Assembly: GCA_963764625.1 (NCBI GenBank)
Contig: CAVXTH010000004.1
Span: 1-64,000 of the forward strand
DNA from: Candidatus Krumholzibacteriota bacterium
GTDB lineage: Bacteria; Krumholzibacteriota; Krumholzibacteriia; JAJRXK01
Reading direction: 5' to 3'
DNA: 64,000 nucleotides
The first letter of the stretch is position 1. Every line of letters begins with the position of its first letter. Shown one piece after another: positions 50,501 to 60,155 of the stretch. The notes beneath the pieces are model-generated. The model did no database searches. It had not been told where the DNA came from and worked only from the letters and a program-made list of their open reading frames with translations. The translations under genes were made by a program, and so were the position numbers.

Positions 50501-51230
50501 GTTGGGCAGCGGCCAGGACGTCACCCTCCATGCGACCACCAGCGCCCTCGGTGAGGCGAGCGTGGATCTGAGCGCGCGGCCCTACGCGCAGAACGACGTG
50601 CGCCTCGTGGCCACGTGTATCCGACGAGGTCCTCGTGGACGTGGTGGGGCCGCCGCACACGAGGTCAGATTCGATCCGCCGGCCACGCCCTATCAGGGCG
50701 GTTGGTATCTGAGTCCGGACACGCGGATCACCTTGGTGGGGACCACCGAGGACGCAGCGGGGATCCAGGCCATCTTCACCGACGTCGATGTGGTGGATCC
50801 GCCGCAACCCCGGCCTCTACACCCGGCCCTTCACCTGCGCGTCGCGGCCACAACCCGGAGTTCACACGCTGCGCTTCTATTCCGAGGAAGTCTCGGGCGC
50901 CCTCGAGCCGGTCCAGTCGGTGCGACTGTACACCAGCGCGGCCTCGCGACCGAGAAGCAGGTCACCAATCGCCCCAATCCCTTCCGAGCCGGTCGAGGAG
51001 ACCATCATCCTGTTCCATCCGCAGTCACCGGAACCGCGGCACTCGTGATCTACGACATCTTCGGCGCCACGGTCTTCTCGACCGAGATGCCGGTGACCGC
51101 GGGGACCACGGCCCAGTTCTCCTGGAACGGCCGCAACGGCGAGGGACACGTGGTGGCCAACGGTGGCTACATCTGTCGCATCGTCGGCTCTGGCTATGAC
51201 CTTCGCCGCAAGATCGCGGTCGTGAAATAG
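44526..51230 (+). CDS. Giant (~2,200 aa) secreted Ig-like repeat protein with FlgD/T9SS-like CTD; multiple frameshifts
   Basis: Signal peptide ending AVA. Seven 'PGE...PG...GKxG.P...F...V.A.D.(Y/F)WN'-like repeats spread across successive frames. C-terminal 'NRPNPF...IYDIFG...WNGRNGEG..VANGGY...RRKIAVVK*'. Confidence 0.75.
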
Positions 51231-51244
51231 GAAGGGGAGGTACG

Positions 51245-52549
51245 ATGATGCACGAACAACGACTCAATCCCCGCGCCGGCATAGCGGTCGACTTGCTCTT
51301 CGCCGCGCTGATCGTCGGACTGGCAGTCGGGCCGGTCGTCGCGGCTGAAGACGCCGGCGTACCCGGAGCGTTCCTGCGCTACGGAACGGGCGCCCGGGTT
51401 TGGCCATGGGAACGCGATGACCGCGATCGCCGACGAGCAGCGTCCTCCTATGGAATCCCGCGGGCTTCGCTCGGCTGCGGACGATGGAGTTCACCGCGAT
51501 GGGCGCCACCCTTCTCGAGGACACCCAGTACACATTTTTCGCCCTCGGCTTTCCCACCGAAAATTACGGGAGTTTCGCTCTCAACGGGGCCTACCTCAGC
51601 AGCGGGAATTTCGAGAGGTCCACCCTGTTCGAGGACCTGCCCGAGACTTTCAAACAGGGTTCGAGTTTCCTCGGCCTGGGCTACGCCCGTACGCAGGGAC
51701 GCTGGACGTGGGGAGTCAATCTCAAAACGATCTCACAAGATCTCGCCGGAAACCAGGGCACCGGCTTCGGCGTCGATTTGGGACTGTATTTAAGGCCTCA
51801 CAGCAGCCTGAGCCTGGGCTTCAGTCTGCAGAACGCCATCGCTCCCACTGTGACTCTCGACCAGGAGAGCGAGCGCGACCCTCGCACATTGCGCGGCGGA
51901 ATGGCCCTTCATCTTTTCCACAACCGCATGCTCGTGAGCAGTGATCTGGTCAAGACCGAGGAGATGCAGGCCAAATTGCGGAGCGGATTGGAATTTGGCC
52001 CGCCCGTCAGTTTGCCTTGCGTAGCGGTTACGACGCGGTGCGCGACCAGCTCGGCTTCGGAGCCGCCTTCCGCTGGGAGAACTGGCAGCTCGACTACCAA
52101 TACCTAGATGACGATCTCGGGGGAACCCAGGTGGTCAGCGTGACGTTCCGTTTTGGCGTGCCTTACGGCGTGAAACTGCATTGGGATCGCACGCTATTCA
52201 GTCCTTCGGGTGAGGATCGCTCCGTGACCTTTGATGTCCAAACCGCGGTAACGGGCAAAGTCGAATCATGGAACCTCGTTATCCTCGACCACGAAGGCAA
52301 TGCCGTTCGGACTCTCTCGGGAACGGATCGCCCCCGGACAACATCGAGTGGGGCGGGAAGACGACGACGGCCGTCTGGTCGCGGACGGTCATTACGAAGT
52401 TCGCATGACCATTCTCGACGAAATGCGCGAGGAGTGGGACTACGAGACCTCGGTCGAGGCATTGGGTTTCTCATCGGACACGCTCTCCGATCAAGGTCGA
52501 GATCAGCGGCGGTGGCAAAGAAGAGAAACACAGGGAGAAGAATCGATGA
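51245..52549 (+). CDS. PorV/PorQ (FadL-fold) outer-membrane barrel with C-terminal FlgD-Ig domain; frameshifted
   Basis: Joined frames give 'GAFLRYGTGAR..AMGNA.TAIAD......NPAG' and 'GFGVDLG'. Then 'FSP...SW.L.I.D.EG..VRT....I.W.G.DDDG.LVADG.Y'. RBS ggagg. Confidence 0.7.
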
Positions 52550-55500
52550 GGACCCCAACATGCTCAGGCAGCGAGTACGCCGTGCACGATCACACGGCAG
52601 GCGGCATCTACGACGTGCGCGGCCCCGGTCGCCATGGGACTCATCTTCGCCTCCCCTGCGGACCTGCCGCTTATCGGAGTTACGGGACTTGCCCACGCTC
52701 AGAGCTTGGAGAAGAAGATCCCATCCGAGATGGCCTATGGCGAGGAGCCGGCAATGCTTTTGCCGAAGGAACCGACGAATCGGCCGCCATGCAACAATAC
52801 CGGCTCTTCGTGAAGACCTATGGTGGCAGCGAGCACGCGGCAAGCGCCCAGTACATGCTGGCTGAGTGCTACTTCGCCAGTGGTGACTACGAGACGGCGC
52901 TACAAGAGTATGAGCGCGTCCACAAGTTCAAGGGAGATGACAAGTACATCCAGGCCTCGGTGCTATTGCGAAGCGCGGAGTGCCAGTTCAATCTTCACAA
53001 ATTCGCTGCAGCCGTCAACACCTATGACCAACTCATCAGCAAGTACGAAGACAGCTTTCTGCTTGCCGAAGGCCTGTATGAGGCTGGCCGCGCCTACATT
53101 GCCAATGGCAACTGGCTCAAACTCGAGCTTAGCTACAAGCAGCTCCTCGAAGCGCGTCCTGGATATGCAAAACTACCCCAAGTTAAGTTTGCGCTCGGCC
53201 TCTTTGTGAACCGGGACCAGAACTACGAACAGGCCCTCGCGTACTTCAAGGAAGTCCCGAATGATCGCGGTCTGTTCTACATGGGCAAGACCCTCGAGGA
53301 CATGGGCCAAGCACTCCTCGCCATCCAGCGCTACCGGAAGGTTCGGCTCAAGTATCCCGACAGCCCTCTGCGCCATGACTTCGTGGCTTTTACAGCGTCG
53401 GGAAGCGTTTTATCACAGTAAGCAGAACGAACTCGCTGTTCGCAGCTATCGCTCTTTCATCGACGAATATTCCTATCTTTATTTTTAAAAAAACGCGCGC
53501 TACAAGCTTGCCTGCATCACCTACCGCGAAGGCGACTTCGATGAGAGCATTCGGCAACTCAAGGAAGTATGTGCGCTTTTCCCAGGGCAGATGGTGTGCG
53601 CGTACGCTCGCTACCTCATCGGTGACGCCTACATGCGCCTCGACGACACCTCCGATGCGATATTCTCGTACACGGACGTCGTACGCAATTTCGGAGAGAT
53701 CGAAGTTGCTTCCGCCGCACTACACAAAATCGTATACGGCTACGCTCACGAGAACAACTTTGGCCAGACGATTCAAATGGCCGAAGAGTCTTCCGCGCTG
53801 CTTCCCGGGTGACCCTCTCGCCCCGCGGGTGCACGTTCTGAAGGGCTACGCCCACCTGATGCTCGATGAGCAAGACCAGGCAGTAAGAGACTTCCAAAAC
53901 GTCCTGGATAAGAATGTCAATACCGACGTGGCCGAGCGGGCTCTATTCCTGTCTACCGACGCTTACTCTAAGAGTGGCCAGTACGACCGGCTAATCACGA
54001 ATTACAATTACATCGCCAAGCGACTGTTGCCAACGCCCAGCCACTGGCGCGCCCGTACCTATTACTACCTCGGTGAAGCCTATTATGCTCAGGGCTTATA
54101 CAAAGCTTCCAATGCAATGTATCGCCTCGTGCTGACCGGGTATCCCCGAAGCAACGTAGCTGCCGCGTCTCTACAGGGCTTGGTCGCAAGCTACAGCCAG
54201 ATGGGTGAATACGACGTGGCGCTGGATGAGCAGCGAAAGTTCCTGCTCGCTTTGGCGAATTCTGATAGCGATGAAGGTACTAACTCACTGGCCGTGGGTT
54301 CGATCTACTTCAACCAGCATAAGTATGAAGATGCCCTTCGACAATACAAACAGGACTTCTTGTCCGCCCATCCCGACGATCCAGAGGCGGCGGGCGCGCT
54401 GCTCAACGCAGGTGACAGTTACTATCGACTGCAATACTACGACCAGGCGATCAAGAGCTGGGGAGATCTGCTTACTGGCTTCCCGGACTCCAAGGAGGCG
54501 GCGGAAGGCCTCTACCGTATTGCTGATACGCAATTCGGACTCGGCAAATTCGAGGCAGCCCACAAATCGTACAACCGCTTGGCCACTCAATACCCCAACG
54601 GCAAGTTCGCGGCGGACGCCGCCTTTGGCCTGGCGAATTGCGCCTATAACCTAGGTCAGGACGAGGCGGCAATAGCGGCCTTTGGCGCTTTTGTGAAGTC
54701 CTATCCGAAGGATCCGCGAGTTGAAGATGCCCAGCTGGGAATTCAATCCTGCTACTACCGTAGCGGCAAAGACATGGAGGAGTACCTCTCCAAATTCCCC
54801 GACAGCGCTCTCGCGGCCGATATTTTCGGAAGAAGGGGCAAGCAGCCTTTGGAGCAGGCGACTACGCCACTGCCGCTCGCGCCTTCGAGAAAGTGACCCT
54901 CGACTATCCCGAGTCCGAAAGCGGTCCCGCTGCACTCTTATTACTTGGCCGAGAGCTACTACCGAATGGATCAGCTGGAGCCCGCTTTGGCGGGATTCCG
55001 AAATTTCGTGACTACTCATCCCGAGCACGACTTGGCTGAGCTGGCACAATTCCGTCTGGGCACCGTGTTGTTCAAACTCGAGAAGTTTGAGGGCCGCAGC
55101 GCGCGAATATGAAACCATGCGCGACCGATTCCCCAATGGGGAGTACGCGGCACTCGGCCTATTCAACACTGCGATCTGTTACCAGCAGACCGAGGATTGG
55201 ACTGCCGCGATCGCAAGCTACGAAGAATTCCTGAAGCTCTATCCGACCCATGAGAAGGCGGCGGGGCTGTGGCTCGAATTGCGTCGATCGACCAAGACGA
55301 GCTGGAGCTCTACGGGCAAGCGATTGAAGCATACGGAAAAGCTCTCGCCAATAAGGACGGCAACCCAGTCGAAATTCGTTATCGCCAAGGCGAATGCCAC
55401 GAGAAAGCGAAGGACATCGACTCCGCCATCAACAGCTATCGCGAAGCTGGCAAGGGATCCGGCGACGATCCCTTCGTCATCGCGGCTTTGGCGAAGGTCG

Positions 55501-55646
55501 GAGAATTGCTCGAAGACCGCGGAGACTTTCGCGGAGCGGTCAAGGCATACCAAGACATTCTCGCTAAAGCAACAAAGCCGGAATGGACAGCAATGGCGCA
55601 ATCCCGCGTCGACGCTCTCCAAGAGAAGGCAATGGCCGGTCGCTGA
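52546..55646 (+). CDS. Large TPR protein (BamD/CpoB-like repeats, ~1,000 aa); frameshifted
   Basis: Many 'A.Y.LG..Y...G.Y..A...(Y/F)......YP.S' repeats across ORFs 52300.., 53591.., 53508.., 55087.. and 55269..; ATGA overlap with the upstream gene. Confidence 0.75.
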
Positions 55647-55670
55647 CCGGCGCGTGGGAGGAAAATTAGC

Positions 55671-56387
55671 ATGATTGGTGATCTCTCGGTCCTCGACCTT
55701 TTTCGCACTTCGATCACGATGGTCGTCTTGCTTGCATGCTCGATCGTGACCGTCGGCTTCGCGGTAGAACGCTGGCTTTTCTTCGGGCGCAGCTCGACTA
55801 ACGCGAAATCGTTCATGAAGAACATCCACGGAAAGCTCAAGTCCGGAAACGTGTCTGGCGCACGAGCCTTCTGCGAACAGCAAAAGAGCGCCGTAGCTCG
55901 CGTGATCGGGCAAGGTCTTGCTCACGCGCATCTACGCCGCAACGACCTACAGCAGCGGATGAACACCGCGATCGAGATCGAGCAAGTCGAAATGGAGCGC
56001 AACCTCAATGTGTTGGGGACAATGAGTAACATCGCTCCTCTGCTCGGGCTCTTCGGTACCGTAGTTGGTATCATCAGAGCTTTCGCCGCGATTGCGCGTT
56101 CAGGCTCAGGTGGAAGCCAGGTCGTCGCGATGGGTGTGGCTGAAGCACTCATGACCACTGCCGCCGGTATCATCGTGGCAGTCATTGCCACGGTCTTCTT
56201 CAACATATTCATCCGGCGGATTCGTACGCGGACTGTCGATCTCGAAGATGCACGCGAAGAACTCCTCGTATTGTTGGCGGAGGCTGCCATCCAACAACAG
56301 CGCGCCACCAATCCCGCTCCGGCGCTTAGGAATACAGTCCGACCCGCAGTCGAACAGGAACCCGCAACCTCCGGCATTCTGAGCTAG
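55671..56387 (+). CDS. exbB: MotA/TolQ/ExbB proton channel protein
   Basis: 'LGTMSNIAPLLGLFGTVVGII' and 'GVAEALMTTAAG' TM motifs. Confidence 0.93.
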   Translation: MIGDLSVLDLFRTSITMVVLLACSIVTVGFAVERWLFFGRSSTNAKSFMKNIHGKLKSGNVSGARAFCEQQKSAVARVIGQGLAHAHLRRNDLQQRMNTAIEIEQVEMERNLNVLGTMSNIAPLLGLFGTVVGIIRAFAAIARSGSGGSQVVAMGVAEALMTTAAGIIVAVIATVFFNIFIRRIRTRTVDLEDAREELLVLLAEAAIQQQRATNPAPALRNTVRPAVEQEPATSGILS

Positions 56388-56421
56388 ATCGAGCCAGAAG
56401 CGCCAAGTAAGGGAAAGCACC

Positions 56422-56868
56422 ATGACATCGCGGCACAGCATTGCACACGGTGGCATCAGCGAGGTCAACATCACGCCATTGGCCGATGTTACGACAACTC
56501 TGATCGTTGTGTTTCTCGTTGCCTTACCGACTCTCCTTTGGAGCGGCATTCAAGTGCAGAGCAAGGCAGCAACACAGGGTTCGCAACATATCGTTCAGCC
56601 GACCAAGAATGAGAGAGTCGGATTGCTGACGGTCGCGGTAAACCCAGGAGGCATCACCCTCAATCAGAGACCCATCGCGCTGTCGGATCTCGAGGATGAG
56701 CTTCGAAGCCGCCTCGCGTCGCGGCAGAACCGCACGGTGGTCATCGTACCGAACGATCAGGTTTACCTGGGCGATGTGGTCAGCGTGCTCGACATTGCCA
56801 AGGCGAGTGGAGCTACTGATCTGGCGTTACTCAATTTCAAGCAAACTTCCGGGGGTCGCTCTAAATGA
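56422..56868 (+). CDS. exbD: ExbD/TolR family protein (canonical TM Asp)
   Basis: 'SEVNITPLADV...LIVVF' with D22; 'G.VVSVLDIAKASG'. Confidence 0.9.
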   Translation: MTSRHSIAHGGISEVNITPLADVTTTLIVVFLVALPTLLWSGIQVQSKAATQGSQHIVQPTKNERVGLLTVAVNPGGITLNQRPIALSDLEDELRSRLASRQNRTVVIVPNDQVYLGDVVSVLDIAKASGATDLALLNFKQTSGGRSK

Positions 56869-57308
56869 AGATCAAACCTGATCTGGCGACAAAGACGGAC
56901 GTTGTTCCCATCATTAACGTCGCGCTGGTAATCGTACTGACGCTGATGATCATTTCCCCTTCTCTCAACCAGGTCACAACGGACGTTGATCTGCCCGAAG
57001 CGCGTGCAACACAGACCGATGAAGAGAACAAGGTTGAGATCACTTGCACCCTCGACGGTCAGATCTACTTGGCCGATATGGCGGTGAGTCCAGAAGAGAT
57101 CGCTTCGATATTGGGAGAGCTCCTCGAGGAAAACCCGGGTGCGATCGCAGTGGTGCGTGCCGACAAGAATCTCGTGTACGGAAACGTGGAGCGCATCATC
57201 GCAGAGGTCGAGAAAGCCAAACCAGCGGAAATCTCACTGGCCACCGCGCCCCCCAGGAAAGCGGTAGAGAGGAAGTTGATTCACGACCATGATGCGTTAC
57301 GCCCATAG
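56865..57308 (+). CDS. exbD: Second ExbD/TolR family protein (TM Asp replaced by Asn)
   Basis: 'DVVPIINVALVIVLTLMI', 'VDLPEA' and 'VVRADK...YG'. Confidence 0.85.
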   Translation: MKIKPDLATKTDVVPIINVALVIVLTLMIISPSLNQVTTDVDLPEARATQTDEENKVEITCTLDGQIYLADMAVSPEEIASILGELLEENPGAIAVVRADKNLVYGNVERIIAEVEKAKPAEISLATAPPRKAVERKLIHDHDALRP

Positions 57309-58566
57309 CCGGGCTCGTCCCACTCAGGGGGGCATGGTCACCAGCGTGATGGTGCATTCCCTGCTATTGCTCCTGCTGGGTTTGGCATTACGCCATGGCG
57401 CGTCGCTTCCCATTCCCATGGATAAGCTGACCAAGATCACCTACATCGAGGCGCATCAGGGTGAAAATGTAGATGAAATGATACGCCTCAAGACGATGGC
57501 CAAGCGCCATCCCAAGTTAGCCGACGGCGCAGGCATATCGACGCGCTCTGCCGTCAAGAGCAAGTCAGTGGCAGAACCGGGTCCTCTGCCACAATTGCGA
57601 ACGCCCGAGCGCAAGAGTGTTGCCGAGATCACGACGCCCCTGCCCACTCCGACTCGCATGCAGCAGCGCGAATTGGCCACCGCTCCGCAGCTCGATGCCA
57701 AGTCGAAGGACTTGGCGCAGGTTGCAGTCTGCCTTCCTGACGCCCTGCGCAGACCCCAGCTTGAGGATGCGTCCTCCGCTACGCCCAGGCTGACCGCGAA
57801 GTCGGCCCCGCAGAGTCTTGAAGGTGCGACTCACTCCCTCGAGAGTCGGCGGACCGAATTTGATCTCGCAGGTGGCGACGTCGACCCCGCACCTCGCTCC
57901 TCGACTGGTTCTGCCGAAGGTTTAGCTGAAACAGGAGTGGCCGGACCGGGCAAGGCCACCCTACGACCATCCAAGGGTGGCACCGGATATCGAGCGCCTC
58001 GGCCGGGTCGGCCCGCACACCGCCAGGGAGAAGCGATCGCTGATGTAGGCGCTGACGACATCGTCGGAAATGGCGAAGGCGGTGGCACGGCAGACAAGGT
58101 GGACGCCGCACCCGTTCGACTACGGCAGTGGAAGCGGTGGCGGCTTGCGTGGGCGCGCGAGCGGAGATATCGCCCCCGATCGCAGCGCGATCAAACCAAC
58201 CCAAAAAGCCAAGGAAGACGCTCAGAAGCAACTTGCCGACACCAAGGCCACCGAACTCACTGCAAATGGCATGAACATGAGCATCACCGGAGAATTTCAG
58301 GTCGAAAGGTTTTGCACATGGTCCCGCCGAAGTACAGCAGCTTGGCCAAGAAGAAGGGTTGGGAGGGCGTGGTAGCGGTGCACTTCACCGTGTTTCCCGA
58401 TGGACGGGTCAAGGACAATCTCTACTTCGAACAGACTTCCGCCCATCGCGATCTCAATCAGGCAGCGATGACCGCGATTCGCCAGTTCAAGTTCGCCCCC
58501 CTCTCCGGCGATGACTCGCAGGTCGAGCAGTGGGGATTGATTACTTTCGTCTTCCGCTTGCACTAG
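57289..58566 (+). CDS. tonB: TonB family energy transducer (probable internal compensating frameshifts)
   Basis: TM 'SVMVHSLLL' (SxxxH); long Pro/Ala-rich linker; TonB_C 'PKYS.LA...GWEGVV.V.F.V..DG.V........S....L..AA..A..Q.KF.P'. Confidence 0.85.
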   Translation: MMRYAHSRARPTQGGMVTSVMVHSLLLLLLGLALRHGASLPIPMDKLTKITYIEAHQGENVDEMIRLKTMAKRHPKLADGAGISTRSAVKSKSVAEPGPLPQLRTPERKSVAEITTPLPTPTRMQQRELATAPQLDAKSKDLAQVAVCLPDALRRPQLEDASSATPRLTAKSAPQSLEGATHSLESRRTEFDLAGGDVDPAPRSSTGSAEGLAETGVAGPGKATLRPSKGGTGYRAPRPGRPAHRQGEAIADVGADDIVGNGEGGGTADKVDAAPVRLRQWKRWRLAWARERRYRPRSQRDQTNPKSQGRRSEATCRHQGHRTHCKWHEHEHHRRISGRKVLHMVPPKYSSLAKKKGWEGVVAVHFTVFPDGRVKDNLYFEQTSAHRDLNQAAMTAIRQFKFAPLSGDDSQVEQWGLITFVFRLH

Positions 58567-58631
58567 TGAGAAGCAGGAGCCAGACCCGGTACGCAGAGAT
58601 GCAAAAGGAATGAACAATGTTCGGGTTCAAC

Positions 58632-59634
58632 ATGAAGAAGAGAGTGACTCCGATACGCGCCCTGCTCGTTTGGGTTTCGATGCTCTCGGAGCCCTCGCAC
58701 TCACGCCCGCGGCTTCGGCACAGCCAGGTACCACCGCACGGCCAGACAGTTCGGCGACGCTAGACAGTCCGGCGCAGAAAGTCTCCGACGAGAATGAATC
58801 CGGGAACACCTTCACCGAGCCCGGTGAGAATGGCGCTGTCCTGGACGACGTGGTCGTCGAAGCAGAGAACGAAGTGCGGCAAGGCGTCGAGAAGACCTCC
58901 TTCGAATTCGAACTCAGTGCTGCTGTGATCGATTCCTTTCTGAGTGAGGTCGACAAGGAAGCTCTCGAGGTCAGTCCAGTGAGCGGTCTTCAGCCGTACT
59001 TGAACAACTTGCAACCCATGGCCAGCGATCAAACTCCCCATCTCTGGCTACCCGAGATACCGGGCACCCCGGTGCGACCTCTACCCCGACCCCGAACCAG
59101 GGCGACAGATGAGCCATTGGCAGCTGACGATCACGGACTTCCGAGGCTCTCCCTATCGAACTTTCGAAGGCAAGGGATCCCCCCCGACAAACTCCGCTGG
59201 GACGGACGCAGCGGTGAGGGCAAATGATCCACACCGGCTATCCTTACAGCTACGTATTCACCACGACCGACAAGGGAACTAACGCGTACAACCATGCCGG
59301 CGTGAGTTCCGGTTGCCTGCCCTGGACTATCATGCTGGCGACGACCGTATTCTCGAACTCAGTGGTAGCGAACTCTTCGAGCGCTCGGATGTGACACTGC
59401 TGGAGACCGGAGAGAAATGCGCTAGTACAAGCTACCGACATCATGCGCCAACACCCCTATTCGCCATTCGAGGTGGTCTGTGTTGCCGAAGACGCTGAAC
59501 TAGCTCGCAAGCGGGCCGAGGTCGTGGCGAGATTTTTGGCAGATCGTATGGTTTTGCCGCGCGAGCAGGTGGAAGTCTCCTTCAACAGCAACCAGACCTA
59601 CGCTCGGAGATGGACGGTCATGTGCGGATCCTAA
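58632..59634 (+). CDS. Exported protein with FlgD-Ig-like and OmpA-like C-terminal domains; frameshifted
   Basis: MKKR + hydrophobic N-terminus. Joined frames give 'WQLTITDFRG...RTFEG..PP..L.WDGR..G', then 'LF......L...LARKRAEVVARFL'. Confidence 0.55.
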
Positions 59635-59664
59635 TCCAGCACGCGGAGTGAGTGGAGTGACGGC

Positions 59665-59788
59665 TGTTCCTACCATGGGGCGCTGCTCGTAACAAGCCGA
59701 GGGCCTGAAGCTGATGACGGATTGCAATGTTCTCCAAAAATCGGTCTCGGGATCTAAAGAGAGCGACTACGTTCCTTGGGCAGGGACA
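59665..59788 (-). mobile_element. Miniature IS relic G
   Basis: Ends TGTTCCTACC... and ...GGCAGGGACA; minus strand reads LFRSRDRFLENIAIRHQLQAL. Confidence 0.7.
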
Positions 59789-59836
59789 ACCCCGATCCTG
59801 GTCCCACGGGTTCCGCCATTCGCAAACGAAATGCTC

Positions 59837-59985
59837 ATGCTGCCCGTCAATCGTAGTAGTTGAACATTCCACGAAGGCGCTGCTTAAGCTCAACCTTCCC
59901 CACTCTCTGAGGCTCTGCCCCCGCTAACGAGTTGGTTTCCAATACCTTGGTGACTGCGCTTGTCTTCATCGTGAGCCAAGAACTC
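59837..59985 (-). pseudogene. Degenerate C-terminal fragment of an rve-type (IS481-like) transposase
   Basis: Minus strand reads FLAHDEDKRSHQGIGNQLV...GKVELKQRLRGMFNYYD*RAA*, resembling the 'H..R.HQGLGN..I...RLGGLL.YY.RAA' ending. Confidence 0.55.
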
Positions 59986-60155
59986 GCGATGGCTCGATCA
60001 AGGGATGTTCGCCCCGCGGTTCTCGTGCGTATCAGAAAGAAAGAGGCAGGATGGCGGCATCCCTGCCGCGATCGTAAGCGCGGGCCGACGGCCGAACGCG
60101 AGGGTCGCGGCCGTGAGGGTGCAGCGTTCTCAAAAGCCCAATGGAGTGATAAACC

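Noticed and set aside
55671-58566. Ordinary Tol-Pal or TonB iron-uptake locus
   Set aside because: No tolB, pal or TonB-dependent receptor gene nearby; the context is CTD cargo, PorV-like and TPR genes. Action in trans with receptors elsewhere is not excluded.
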